A stretch of DNA of 64,000 nt from the human T2T-CHM13v2.0 reference genome, Homo sapiens: NCBI RefSeq assembly GCF_009914755.1, contig NC_060946.1. One strand, written 5' to 3'. The notes beneath the pieces are model-generated. The model worked only from the letters and a program-made list of their open reading frames with translations. It had not been told where the DNA came from and ran no database searches. The position numbers were made by a program, and so were the translations under genes. Positions 40,299 to 64,000 of the stretch are shown in pieces. The stretch's first letter is position 1. Every line of letters starts with the position of its first letter.

Positions 40299-42430
40299 TA
40301 GCAGAGATTACAGGCATGCACCACCACGCCTGGCTAATTTTGTATTTTTAGTAGAGACGGGGTTTCTCCATGTTGGTCAGGGTGGTCTCAAACTCCCCAC
40401 CTCAGGTGATCCACCTATCTCAGCCTCCCGAAGTGTTGGGATTACAGGTGTGAGCCCCTGCACCCGGCCACGTGACCCTTCTTAATAGCTATTGTTCGCT
40501 GAGTATTTCTCTACGACACTCTTTATGTGCATTTTGTCATTTAATTTTAATTTTAATTTTCTTTTTTTTTTTGAGACAGGGTCTTACTCTTTCACCCAGG
40601 CTGTAGTGTAGTGGCACGATTTTGGCTCGCTGCAGCTTCCGCCTCCTGGGCTCAAGAAATCCTCCCACCTCAGCCCCCGAGTTTCTGGGACTACAGGCAT
40701 GCACCACTATGACTGGCTAAGTTTTTGTATTTTTTGTAGAGATGGGGTTTCACTATATTGCCCAGGCCAATCTTGAATCTTGAATTCCTGGGCTCAAGCA
40801 TGAGCCACCACACTCGGCCTCATTTAATTTTTAATTACTTTAAATTTTATCAACATAATATATCACATAAACTGTAAAAAGACAAGAAACTACTGTGGTT
40901 CCCATTCTGCCAGTTCTCCCCAGAGGTAGCAACTGCCTTTACATCTGAGCTTTCTTCCGGCATATACCTCTGATTCTAGGTAATAGGCACATGCTGCTTT
41001 TGCAACTTGGCGTTTTACAAATTATGTTGGCTTGCTCTGTAGCTCCCTTCCATCGCCATTATCTCTGCTTCTCCTCCCTCATTCTTCCAGTATTCTACTT
41101 TCTGCATAAATCGGTAATGAATGTTTACATTTTCTGCCTACACAAATGATATTCACAGCTGAGCATAGTGGTGTACTGCAATTGCTTGTTATTTTTTTCC
41201 TAGGAAAGAATTGCCTTTTCAACACTATGCCCAGTTTTCTGTGTATCTATTCTTATTCTTCCTTTATTTTCCGGTTGCCTCTCAGTACAGTTATCTTCAG
41301 GCTCAGTGCTAGTGAGCTGTCAGTTTCAGTTCAAACCCCTGGCCTCAAGTGATCCATCCACCTCGGCCTCCCAAAGGAGGTGGGCGGTGACCCTCTTGGA
41401 CCTCCCTTCTGGAACCCTCTAGGCAGTGGCCGCAGGTGTGGTGTGACAGCCCTCAGCATGCTTGTCTGCCCAGACTGGGACTGTTGTCTTCCTTTGTTGG
41501 GTCCCTTGTTTTCTATATCCTGTGTCTCATCCTTTGTGATTTATTCCCTCATTCTGCCAGCTTCCTGAGAAGGGACTCCTGGGAATTAACTTTCTGGAGA
41601 CCATGCCAGTTTGAGTGCATCTAGGCCCCCTGGTGGGACATGCTAACTGGGGAATTTAAAATGATGTTACACTGCGCTGCCCTTGTGCTGGCTTGTGCTT
41701 CTGTCTCCTGAGGTGCTAGCTCTCAGCCTCATATGACTTGTCTTGATCCCTAAACCCAAGTCCTGCTCTACTTGGGAAGTTCCTTTGAGTCATTTCAGGG
41801 GAATCTCACTCCCTACACTTCCTGTGCTGGAGTGTTTAATGTTCACTCTTTGGGCCTCTAGTTTTATCTTTTATCTCCTGTTTTCTATCTCTTTTACTTT
41901 TAGCTCTCCTCTCTAAGTGATTTCCTCAATTTTTTCTTTGACCTTTCACTGCTAACATGCTTTTATTTCCAAGAACTCCTTCTTTTTCCTTTTTTGTAAT
42001 CTGACTTTTCCCTTTTTATAGCACCCATTCCTGTTAAATGGATACAATGTAGTATAATATTTATATATATTATAATAAATTCTACCGTTTTTTTTGATAA
42101 ATTTTCACTTTATTGCCCAGGCTGGAATGCAGTGATGTGTTCATGGCTCACTATGGCCTCGAACTCCTGGGCTCAAGTGATCCTCCCACCTCAGCCTCCC
42201 AAGTAGCTGGGACTGCAGGCATGCACCACCACTCCTGGCAAATATTTTTGTTTTTCGTAGAGATGGGATCTTGTGATGTTGCCCAGGCTGGTCTCAAACT
42301 CCTGACTTCAGCTGGACGCAGTGGCTCACACCTGTAATCCTAGCACTTTTGGGAGGCCGAGGGCAGGCGGATCACAAGGTCAGGAGTTCGAGACTAGCCT
42401 GGTCAATATGGTGAAACCCCATCTCTACTA

Positions 42431-42628
<198 letters not shown>

Positions 42629-42922
42629 TCATCCTCTCGCCTCAGCCTCTGAAAGTACTGAGATTACAGGTGCGAACCACTGCACCTGGCCTAATAAATT
42701 CTACATTTCCTTCTTCTTGCTGAATTTCTGTTACCGCTAAATTACTCTTTTCTTGTGGGGTCTTTATTGGCCATGTTATGGCGTCTGGCTGCCCTTGGCT
42801 GGTTGCTCACTCTGAGAGGGACCCTCCAAAGCCTAGGAGTCTCTTCCAGCACGTGGAGCTTGTCGACTGGGAACTTCATTGAAGGCTCATCTGGCTGCAG
42901 ATTCTGAGTCCTTCCTCCAGAA

Positions 42923-43258
42923 CAATGGTCCCCAACCTTTTTAGCACCAGGGACCGGTTTCACAGAAGACAATTTTTCTACAGACCGGCAGATGAGGATG
43001 GTTTCAGGATGAAATTGTTCCACCTCAGATCATCAGGCATTAGATTCTCATAAGGAGCATGCGACCTGGATCCCTCACATGCACAGTTTACAGTGGGGTT
43101 CGTGCTCCTATGAGAATCTGATGCCACCACTTATCTGACAGGAGGCAGAGCTCAGGCAGTAATGCTTGCACACCCTCTGCTCACCTACTGCTGTGAGGCC
43201 TGGTTCCTAACAGCCCACAGACCTGTACTGGTCTGTGGCCCAGGGCTTGGGGACCCTG
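42923..43258 (+). mobile_element. MER1B (hAT-Charlie MITE), second copy
   Basis: CAATGGTCCCCAACCTTTTTAGCACCAGGGACCGG...GGGGACCCTG. Degenerate TSD ctccagaa / ccctagag. Confidence 0.85.
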
Positions 43259-43751
43259 CCCTAGAGCATGGTCTTCCAGACACTGGGCTGTGGGTGAAGA
43301 CCTGGCTGCCAGCATGCTGCTCACTGCGATGGAGGAGGCTGATGGGCCAGTGGGTCTCGGCAGTTAGCGTGCATCGATCTAGTCACTTAGACCAGAGCAC
43401 AGATGACCACACAACCCACCTCTCTCAGTGTCCTACCTGTGCCTTTTCAACTGGGTGGGTTGGCCCCCTAGTCCAGTGACTATCCGTTTCATGCTTTTCC
43501 AGAGAGTAAACCTCCTGTGGTCACCTGGTGCTGGAGTAGCTACCCACAGTGTAAAGTTGGGGAGTGAGGGATGCAGGGATATCTTTCACCCTCTGTCCCA
43601 GAGCACTTGGTGCAGCCTGGCCTCAACCTGGCAAAGACCTAGGGCTGTCACTGGGTGGGCGCACCCCCTCCTCACTGTTACTTAGGACTCTGGTTTCTTG
43701 GTCCTCTTGCTGTGTACGTTACCACTGGGCCATCAGCTTTCCAGCTTCTAA

Positions 43752-44220
<469 letters not shown>

Positions 44221-44223
44221 TAA

Positions 44224-44651
<428 letters not shown>

Positions 44652-47600
44652 TAGTCCAAATCTTTTTTTTAATATGGGAAAATCTTTTTTCCTTTATAGT
44701 GTCTGCTTCTGGTGACATGCTTAGGAAACCATCATCCTGATATTGTATAACTCTCCTTCTGTTGTCTTGTGGTCCTCTGTGATTTAGGTTTTTAAACACA
44801 TAGGGTAAAGGGTCCCACATACAAGCTGTGGGCTCCTGTCCCAGGTGGGCAAGCAGGCTGCACACACAGGCAGCAATTTACTGGGAGGCTTCTTGGGTGG
44901 GGTGAAGTGGAGCTGCCAAAAATTTATTCTGCCCTATGAGAGTTCACTTGATTGATAGATGTTGTGTTTCTCAAAATTAGAAAATTAGAAGAAACTCACA
45001 GAAGTTTCCTTCGAGCAGAACATAAATCGGCTGAGAGGAATCATCCTGCCCCCCTGAGGTCAGGAGGGTGAATCTGTGCCCCAGGGAGGAACGCACCTTC
45101 CTGCTTTAGACACCAGCAGAGGACAGAGAAGCTGGCTGTCCTGGGAATTCATGCCCTCATTCAGCAATGGGAAAGCAGTTGGACCAGGGAAGGGGGCCTG
45201 GCAGTGTGGCAGGGGGAGCAGTGGTAAAGAGGGTGGGGTCAGGGGAGAGGCCTCATTGAGAGGGGAGAGGGTCCTTGGTGGGAACCAGGGCGGTTGTGGA
45301 AGGAAGAGTCAGGGCGTGGAGCAGAGCAGAGCGGGAGTTGGGGTGGGGAGGCCAGTTCATGCCTCATCAACATGCCTGTGTGAGTGTCCTTCTTGCGGGC
45401 GGTGGAGCTGGCCTCAGGGTACACTGCAGGTGACTCAGAGCTCCAATGGGAGGGTGGCTCTGCCTGAGGGAGCTGCACATGCTCATTGGGCCATCGTCTG
45501 CTGAGGAGGGGGCAACAATAACCTCAACACATGGCGGAGGTGTTTTGGGATGCATCCTATTGCACATTTGGGCAGGTTGTTGCCTGACTTATTTCTTTAA
45601 CGCATACCTAGCACTTCCTGTATGTCCAGTGCCTTATAATATTAACTACTATTATCCTCAGGGCTACCCGTGAGGTCGGCACTGTCCCCACCCTTTGTGC
45701 AAAGGAAGGATAGGGAGGCGCTGCCAGATGGGTTGAGGGCAGACCGGGGCAGCTTGCCTCAGGCCTCCCTGGCCTTAGCAGGCTTTAAGTTTGATGCCCT
45801 GTGCTCCTTCCCTAGGAAGCTCAGTTTGCCAGTTTTTTGCTTTATCTTAGTCTCATTCAGATTACAAGGACTGGGACTGGACTCCTGTTGCCAGTTTCTC
45901 AATTTGGAATAGGAAGGAGGTGAGGAACAACAGGCCCATGCTGGGCAGAAGCCCTGCAGACCAGGCCAACAGTGGGCCTCTCCTCACTGCCTGGCCCTGT
46001 CTGTGCACCTTCGTCCTGGCCACAGCCTCTCAGAGCCCCTCCTTTATGAAGAGGTTACGCTTTAGGGGAGGGAGTGCCTCTCCCAAGACCCAGAGCTGGT
46101 GAGTGGCTAGGTTGGAATTTGAGCCCAGGTCCCTCCTCCCCTGTCTGCTTCCTGCCAGGCCCAGCTGCCTGCCCCAGCACACGCCTTCTCCCAGGCACCC
46201 TGGCCTCCACTGCCAGGACGTGCCTGTTTGAGGCCTGGATTCCCCCATGGCTGCCACGCTGATTCTCCGTTCTGCACGTCGTGTCCCATCAAAATGCATG
46301 ACAGTACCACTCCTTGTGTTAAAAAGAGCCAGTTATTGTGCCTGGCAGTGATGACTGCCCACTGCACACAAAAGTGGACGCCGTTGTCTCTGCTCTCAGG
46401 GTGTTCTTAGTATAGTGGGGCTGGCACACAGAAACCAGAGATTCCTCCAGGAAGTGCCACAGACATGGGTGAGGTGGCTACAGGGTTTCTGTGCAGCCGA
46501 CAGCAGGGGTGCCTGGGTGGAAGCAGGGTGGGAGGCCCTAACAGGCCTGATGGGATAGTCAGGCAATGTGCCAGGTAGTAGGTCATCATCCCTGGGGCCC
46601 TGGGGAGAGTGTGTGGGGCAGGCGCAGGAGCAGGCTCCTCAGTGGGCTCCTGGACAGGCTGCCTGCTCTGCTGGTGAGGAGCGAGGCTCAAAGCAAGCAG
46701 GGGCCTGGGTTGCTTCCCACACTCAGTGGCAGTTGCTCACTGGCAGTCATGTGACCTGGGGAGCTGGCGAGGGCGTGGGGGTAGGAATGGGAACGGGAGA
46801 CAGAGGCCCTTTGGGAGGAATTGCCACAGATGCAGTGGGAGTTGGGGCAAAGATTTGAACTTTGGAGAATTAAAGGTGGCAGTCAGAAAGTGAAGGGAGT
46901 TCCCAAGTTTCTGGGATGGGCACTTGGTGCTGGGAGATGAAGACACGAAGAGCTTTTCTTGATGTATCCCTGCTGGCTGCTCAGGCAGGGTCGGGCAATG
47001 CCATTAAGACACACTGTGTTCTGGGAACAGTTCTGGACAGTAAGGACATCCTCAGACCCCTTAGTGGGGGAGCTCCAAGGGCCTGTAATGATGAATCGGT
47101 CCCCTGGGAGGCTTCAGTCTAAGCTAGATACCAGTTGAACCCTGACTGAGTACACAGACATAGCTATGGCAACCAGCTAGACCATGGCCAAAGGCAGAGC
47201 ATTGGAGCCCAGTTCACAGCAAGGGACTGTGTGCTCTGAGCCGGTAACAGTCCTTGTGTTCAGAGGTCTGGCTGGTCGCAACCAGGGAGTGGCCCCCAGC
47301 CCCCTTCCTCAGCTAGAGCGAGCACCACCCAGGCAGCCTTGGGTTCTTTGGTGGCCGCCTCATAGGCCTGTACTGTTTGTGAACCTGTTGCTTATGTTGG
47401 ACAGGACTGTGGCAGGACAGCCATCAAGGGTCTTCCCTTGTGAGCTGACACCAGTCTGCTCTTTGTCCTCCTCTGGCTGGACAGGCCCTCGTCTTCCCGG
47501 CTTGCTTGTGTGGGGGAAGAGCTCACTGTGACATGTGGGTTCTCTGTTCTTTGTCTCAGGCTGTGCTCCTTACTCCATGTTGGGGGCTGTCTCCTTGTGT

Positions 47601-48894
47601 GATAGTTTCCTTTCATTTCGTGACAGTGGCTCGAAGGGTTTTGTTTTCAGGAGACAGAGACTGAGGAGTAGCCATTCGGGTCTGGCTGCTCAGGAAGGCA
47701 TGCTGGGGATGGCAGCAGAGCCCAGCTCAGGGAGATCAGAAGGGGGCTTTGGGAGCAGCCAGTGCTGTTCTGAAGGTGGGCCTGGGTCCTGCCTGCAGCC
47801 TCCCGCAGCGGGTGTGTTAGGTCTAAGGGAGGAAGGAAGGGGACTTGACCTCAGCAGGAGTGTGAAATGGGTACCCTCGTGGAGTCAATGTCCAGGCAGG
47901 GGATGCCTCTGAAAAGCGCCAGGCCAGCTGGAGAGGAAAGGGCAGGCATGTGCAGGGAAGTGTGGGGGATTAGCTGCAGAGTTCCTGGGTTCTTTTTCGC
48001 TTTGTCTCTATTTTGTGACACTTGATCTTCAAACTAGAAACAGGAGCAAAGACATTTTCAAAAATACAGTTGTCAGAACTGCAAAACCACACAGGGTCTG
48101 TTACTGGCCACCAAACCTGCTGGGCCTCCCTGGGTGGATGCTGTGGGAGAGATGTGGGAGTGACATGGCACAGTGCTGCTGTTCTGAGCGGTAGCCTTGC
48201 TGGAGGAGCGCCTTGCCGGAGGAGCACCTTGCTCCTTGGCCCCACTCTGACCCTCCGAAGCTCATGTGGAACTGGACATTTACCCCAACTCGGTTTCCTG
48301 GTGTTGGCCTGTCAAGACTTGCCTGTTTCTGGCCTCCAGCTTGGTCCATGCTCCTCAGGCTCTGAGTAGCTGACGGTGCCCACAGTGTCCATGTCATCTG
48401 TGACATTACCCAGGACAGGACAGGGCCCGTCTGCCAGTACATCCCCTGGTGTATGGTGCCACCTTGCCTTCAGCTCACCAAGCATATTTCTTCAACCTGG
48501 TCATCCCACCACCTCAGAGCTATTGCACTAAGCTGTGTTTCTAGATCTTGTCTCTCTGACTGTGCCAGGTGTCTCTGCTGCACCAAGACAGTGTCTGTCT
48601 GGGGCCTGCCAGTCTGCTGACACTCTCAAAAACGGCCAGTAGCAGCTCAAAAGGACTGCTTTTGTATCAAAGCCTGGCTTTGCTCTCTGATCGCTGCTGG
48701 TGGGCACAGAGCCCATCTGTGTAACTGGTTGTCACTCCCCAGACTCTTCTGCACCCTTCTTCCTCTCTGACTCCTGGCCACATCTGCCACCCACAGCCTC
48801 CCCACTCCTTACACAGCCAGCCTCCAGGCCGTCCTGCTTGGCCTGCAAATGCTCCCCTGCTGTTTCTACTGCTCTTCCCTGAGTCTCCCTATTG

Positions 48895-50806
<1,912 letters not shown>

Positions 50807-51748
50807 CACTTGTTTCTTTATCAGCAAGCCCAGGGTGGGAGGCCAGGCAAGGAAGAGACCCATCCCACTGGCAAGAAGGCAGGCAGTGAGCACACCAGAG
50901 CAGTCCACCCCTGGGAGCCACAGGCCAGGCCTTTCTAACAGATTCACACTTGTTTTTGTCTTTCTGTGTGTGAGTGTGGGAGGTGGGGGTGGGGGTGGGT
51001 GGGGCAGCATGTGCTGCATTCGAGGGGTCTCCACCTTAACTGATGTACATGGCTCTTTATCCCCGTGGAGCAGCAGTGTGATGAAAAACTCTTCATAGGA
51101 TTCTATCTCTTAGTACAAAATTGTTGGTAAATGGGTTTTTAAAGATATTTTTCACATTTATGTGGTCTTTCTCTTCTTGTCTCTAGCTAGAAGTGAAGTT
51201 GGAGCTTGTCTCTTTGATCCCACATATAGGACCTGCATTGTCCCACATAGGGACAGACCCTTGCCTTGGGAGGGACTGAGAGATGACTTCATGTGGCCCC
51301 TTCATTTTATAGGAGTAATCGAGTCTAGAACCAGGGTGCTACCATCTGGCAGAGTTCATGGGGAACGCAGGCCACTCAGAGAGCAGGAAATAGAGGCCAG
51401 CTGGCCACCCAGTAGTCTAATGCGTACTTCCTTGATCCTGAACTGGTTGTGAGCCATCCCTAGGGGCAACCCCTCCCCCGCCCCGTCCCTTCATGCCAGG
51501 GCTCTCTCTTTGCTTCATGGCGACCACCTTTCCTGTCCCTTTTTTCTGATCACCCTGCTCAGTGGCCTGTCATTGCTCTCTGTTGAGTGCCCCTTCCCAT
51601 ATGCCTCTCCTGGACCTCAGCCAGGCTGGTGTGCTGGCGATAGCACCTTGTCACCAGGGGCAGCTGCTATGCAGGGCCTGTTGGCCAGGGCCCTGCAGCG
51701 GTGGAGTCACTGGTGTGTGCAAACGTCTCTTCTCCTTTTGTGTTTCAG

Positions 51749-51836
51749 CGAGGATGCCATGAGGAAAGCTGGTGTGGCACACAGTAAATCCAGCAAGGAT
51801 ATGGAGAGCCATGTTTTCCTGAAGGCCAAGACCCGG
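51749..51836 (+). CDS. MED15: MED15 coding exon 2: (I)EDAMRKAGVAHSKSSKDMESHVFLKAKTR (KIX domain)
   Basis: Acceptor tctccttttgtgtttcag|C. 88 nt, completes the ATC codon from exon 1. Donor CGG|GTAAGG. Translation matches MED15. Confidence 0.97.
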
Positions 51837-52498
51837 GTAAGGCCCTACCTAGTAAGTGGAGCCACTCTGGCAGAGAGACTTGGAGAGGAGAGCGTCACAG
51901 ACTCTGGAACCCCTCTGTTGGGTGTCCTAGGGTGTAGGGGTGGGGTGGTTGCTCATCGATTGATCACAGGCACAGTTGGTTTTGCCTGCAGCAGTCTGGG
52001 TCCTCCTGTGTGTCCATGGTACAGGGAGGGCACTTGGGTTGCAGGCCCAGCCTCTGGCCCCAGACCTCACTGCCGTCACCTTCCATCTGTGGTCAGCCCC
52101 TGTGAATCCTACAGGAAGCTTGCTCAGGCCCCTAGCTGGTCCTGTGGAAGGGATCAATGCCGTGAGCAAGAACCTGGTTTGTCCTCAGCCTCTCCTAGGG
52201 GTCCTTACCTAAGCCCTACAGGGCCCTGAGGCATGGGCCCAGAAGCATTCCTGTCCCCTTTTGCTAAGTGAAGAAGTTGATGCTTATCTAGAACTCGCCA
52301 CAGGTGGAGTGGAGAAGAAGGATTTCCACTATATGTGGGCTTTCTCCCTGGGTGGGGCACCACACTGAGGGCTTTATGTGACCACCTCCTTTAATCTGTG
52401 TGTGCTCCCTGGGACAGAACCGTTTTACTAGAAATGAACAAAACACATATTCACTTGTGTGCACGTGTGTGTGCAAGGCAGAGCTGCAAGAGCACAGG

Positions 52499-52627
52499 GA
52501 CTGAGGTGGGGTAGAGTGGGCTCTGTACTATGGACACGTGTGACTGAAGTGGGATAGAGTGGGCTCTGTATTATGGATACGTGTCACTGAGGTGGGGTAG
52601 AGTGGGCTCTGTACTACGGATACGTTT
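52499..52627 (+). repeat. 43-bp x3 minisatellite in MED15 intron 2
   Basis: Unit GACTGAGGTGGGGTAGAGTGGGCTCTGTACTATGGACACGTGT, three near-identical copies. Confidence 0.93.
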
Positions 52628-52634
52628 GATAAGC

Positions 52635-54640
<2,006 letters not shown>

Positions 54641-55676
54641 GGGGGGATTTTATTTATTTATTTTTATTTTTGTTTTTTTGAGACAGTCTCGCTCTGTCGG
54701 CCAGGCTGGAGTGCAGTGGAAGTGGAGGGATGCAGGGGGTGTTAGTGATGCATTGTAATCATCCCGGAGAGCAGGACACCTCTCATAAGAGGTTTACCCA
54801 AGGGGGGCTGTGGAAAGGGCTAGAAATTGCTCCTGGAGGACGTGGAAAGCCACATAAGGTTTTTGACAGATTAGGGAAAAGGCTGTGCCACTCTTTCTGA
54901 AGATGACAGTGTAGGCAGCCTTTCCATTTTGTGCCAAAAATAAAATTTTAAATACATAAATCACAGTAGTTTCTAGGACAACTGGGTAACTACATACAAA
55001 ATATTGAGGTTGAGCCCCAACTTCATACCCTATACAAAACTTAACTCAAAATAAAAAACACCAGCCAGGCATGGTGGCGCGTGCCTGTAGTCCTGCCTAA
55101 TCGACAGGCTGAGGCTGGAGGGTCACTTGATCCCAGGAGTTTGAGATTACAGTAAGCTATGATTGTACCAACATGTTCCAGCCTGGGTGACAGAGTGAGA
55201 CTCTGTCTCTAAAAAACTTTTTAAAAAATTAACTCAAAATGGGTCAAAAACCTAAATTTACAAGCTAAAACTATAAATATCTTAGAAGAAAGCAGAGGCG
55301 TACATCTTCATGACCTTGGATTAGGCAGTAGTTTCTTAGATATGATGCCAAAAAAGCACAAGCTACAAAAAACGTAGATAAATTTGACTTCATCAAAATT
55401 AAAAACTTGTACATCATAGGACACTGTCATAAGAGGGAAAAACAACCCATGGGATGGGAGAAAATATTTGCAAATCACATATCAGGTAAGGGTTTAATAT
55501 CCAGAACACATAAAGAACTCCTACAACTCAACAACAACAACAACAACAACAACAAAAAGCAACTAAAAAATAGGCAAAATACAGCCAGGCGCGGTGGCTC
55601 ACACCTGTAATCCCAGCACTTTGGGAGGCCGAGGTGGGCAGATCACGAGGTCAGGAGATTGAGACCATCCTGGCTA

Positions 55677-56520
<844 letters not shown>

Positions 56521-57160
56521 TGATCCACCCACCTAGGCCTCCCAAAGTGCTGGGATTACAGGTGTGAGCCGCTGCACCCAGCCAATGCCCGGCTAACTTT
56601 TGTATTTTTAGTAGAGACAGGGTCTCATCATGTTGGCCATGCTGGTCTTGAACTCCTGACCTCAGGTGGTCTACCCATCTTGGCCTCCCCAAAGTGCTGG
56701 GATTACAGGGGTGAGCCACCGTGCCTGGCAGAGAAATTAGAATTCTCATACATTGCTGGAGAGAATGTGAAATGGTGCTGTGGAAAACAGTATGACAGTT
56801 CATCAAAAAATTGAATGTAGAGTTACCATACGACCCAGAAGTTTCACTCCCAGGTATATATCCAAGAGAAAAGAAAACATGTCCACACAAAAATATATAC
56901 ACAAATGTTTATAGCATCATTATAACATCATAAATAGCCAAAAATGGAAACAACCCAAATGTCTACCAGCTGATGAATGGATAAACAGAATGTAGAATAT
57001 CCATACAATGAATATCATGTGGCCACACGAAGCAATGAAGGGCTGATACATGCTACAACATGGATGAAGCTAAAAACATTACATAAATGAAGCAGTCACA
57101 AAGGATGACATGTTGCATTTTTATAAAATGTCCAGAGAATACGAAGATCTATAGAGATAG

Positions 57161-59745
<2,585 letters not shown>

Positions 59746-59799
59746 GACAGAAAGTTGATTATTGATTGCCAAGGGTGCTGTAGGGAAATGGAGTTTTCA

Positions 59800-60072
<273 letters not shown>

Positions 60073-62059
60073 TCAGCCTGTGTGACAGAGCGAGACTCCA
60101 CCTCAAAAAAAAAAAAAAAAAAAAAAAAAAGAAACAAAATGCTTTAAAATTGATTTTGGTAATGCTGCAGAACTCTGAATGTAGTACCAAAAACCATTGA
60201 ATGGCATGTTTTAAATGGGTGAATTGTATCTCAGCCAGCCTATTACATATATTTTTAATGGAACGAGTGAAAATGATGAATAACAGGTCTGTTTTCCCTT
60301 GGTGGCCAGGTCAGGGCCGTGTGGTTTCCTTGGGTGGGGGGCACTGCTGGGGCTGCCTTGTCCCTACTTGGTTTCTGATGGTGTGTCCTGTGGGCTGGGG
60401 CCAAGGTCCCATGGGGCTATGGATACTATCATGGAACCACTCTTTCTGGAATTTGATGGTATTTCAAAATCTATTAGGAAAACTCTGAGACATGAAAGCA
60501 CAGAGGCGTCATATTCCTCTAATCTGGAGTCAGCAGTTGCTGTGGTTTGGTGACTTTTCCCTTGGCTGTCTCTGTGTCCCTCCTGAAGTGTCGAGGGCAC
60601 ATCCCCACCCTCAGGGTTGTATCTCTGCTGAGCATCTCCACACTGGCCTGTGCTAGGGCCCCACCTGACAATCACATGGAGTCACTATTGTCATCAATGG
60701 GAAGGCCTCTTTCAAGTTTCAACGCTTTTTTCCTAATAGTTGGCTTCTTTGAATCAGGATCCAAACGAGGGTCTTTTCTCCCCTCTGGCCCCTCCCAGCC
60801 TGGTGAAGGAGCAGCCCAGCTGTCCTGCAGCCCTCCCCATGGGCTCTGATGTCTCCCAAGCTGCTGATTCATCCTGCCTGCCCCCTCCTTCTTATGAACT
60901 GGGTGCTAAATCGGAGAGCAGAGAGGGTGCCGTGGTCTTTTAGCAAAAATATATCCGAAGTATTGCCTTAATTTGTATTTCTGGGCATCTTGATATTCCC
61001 ATAAGACCACAATTTGGAGGTTTGGAGAGCAACAACAGCCTGACCCTTGTAAAGCTCCTATTATCTTTCCGATGGTTTCATCATTTAATTAGGGCTTGTA
61101 GACTAATTCTGGCTTTTCTCCCACATTCGTTACATGGAGTTTTTTTTTTTTTTTTTTTTTTTGTCAAGAAAGGTTTTCTTTCGTCAGCCAGGGCTAGATG
61201 ATTGTTTGAAACCCTGTGTGTTCAGGACCTCCAGGAATGCTGTTTTTCTGATCTTTCCAGTCTAAGGAGTCCCCCCAAGGGCCACAGATGGGTTCTCTTT
61301 GAGTGACATTTTGAGCTCAGGGCTGTGTATCTGGGGTGTTCTGGTCCATTGCTGTCATTCATTTTGATGCTTAGATGGTCCCATCCTCATCTAGCAGGAG
61401 CTCCTGTGTCTCTTGGGGCCCTCACACAACCTCTTTAGTTTTTCTTAGTCTGCTGGCATTTAGACCCAGATTGGCTGCTCCTCTAGGGAGTGAACCCTGG
61501 GGACTTCTGCCGGTAAAGTGGCATTTGGAGCATGCTACGTGGGCGCTGGTCTGTTCATTGCTTTGGGCCTTTCAGTGAACAGAACTAAGAAAAAACATGT
61601 TTTTGAAATAACAGCAACAACAAAAACCCATAATTTTACACTAATATTTCTAATTCAAATTTAAACTTATATATAGGGTTTTTACTTCTTTCATTTTAAA
61701 CATGTGTCTTTTCTGTTACTATGAATATCTTGGTTTCTAATATTATTAGCATACTTGGTTGCTTTACTTTAAAATCATTTCAGAATAAACAGTTTATATT
61801 ACCACTGATAACAAAAGGTAGACTAAACATTTAAGATTACCTTGAAGTTCTAATTGTCCTTAAAATGTATCCCTTTTATTGAGAACATTTTGCTTTTTGT
61901 TTCATTTTTTTAAAAAGCCTCTCAAAAGATTTCTTTTCTCTATATGATTCTGCCACCAACTTAATATTCAGCTCATTTGTTTTAGTTTATTTGGAATGTT
62001 TAGGAATTGGACCTTTTTCTTTAGATTTGCTATACTTTTCATTTTACAAAAATATTTTA

Positions 62060-63892
<1,833 letters not shown>

Positions 63893-64000
63893 TGATGTTC
63901 ATTGTTTATGGTTTGTAATACTCAGCCTCAGGTACAGCTGGACACTTATATTTTGATAGCCAGCAGGGGAGCTGGAGCAGACCAAGTGAAGATAGGGAGT

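Noticed and set aside
51510-52229. 239-aa ORF
   Set aside because: Only 51749-51836 is MED15 exon 2, with canonical splice sites. The flanks are intronic read-through from a TTG start.
52499-52627. CRISPR-like array (also the 32-bp repeat at 32692)
   Set aside because: The units are contiguous with no unique spacers, there are no cas genes, and the context is primate.

Overview
Human or great-ape genomic DNA that I recognise from the exon sequences as the 22q11.21 KLHL22–MED15 locus. It contains the non-coding first exon and CpG-island promoter of KLHL22 (minus strand, ~6.1 kb). It also contains the promoter and first two coding exons of MED15 (plus strand, 22288-22355 and 51749-51836, ~29.4 kb intron 1), which encode the start of the KIX domain. 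The ~16 kb between the genes is mostly a fragmented ERV1 provirus. Inside it sit a disabled MTCH2 processed pseudogene, with a THE1C LTR in its 5'UTR, and many Alus. The rest is dozens of Alus plus LTR7 (HERV-H), MaLR, MER1B, Tigger3a, MER21, MER30, L1MB and MIR relics and a few tandem repeats. Nearly all supplied ORFs are Alu-derived or GC/low-complexity artefacts. I find no convincing new protein-coding system. The best leads are: (i) a closely spaced inverted AluY pair sharing private mutations, next to a ~4.2 kb Alu-flanked block that looks deletion-prone; (ii) two retro-insertions at one L1-endonuclease site; (iii) LTR promoters positioned on the pseudogene and antisense to MED15 exon 1; (iv) a divergent splice donor at the KLHL22 promoter that could feed an N-truncated MED15; (v) a CLEAR-like E-box in the KLHL22 promoter. 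Repeat family names and boundaries come from visual recognition, not RepeatMasker, and are approximate.
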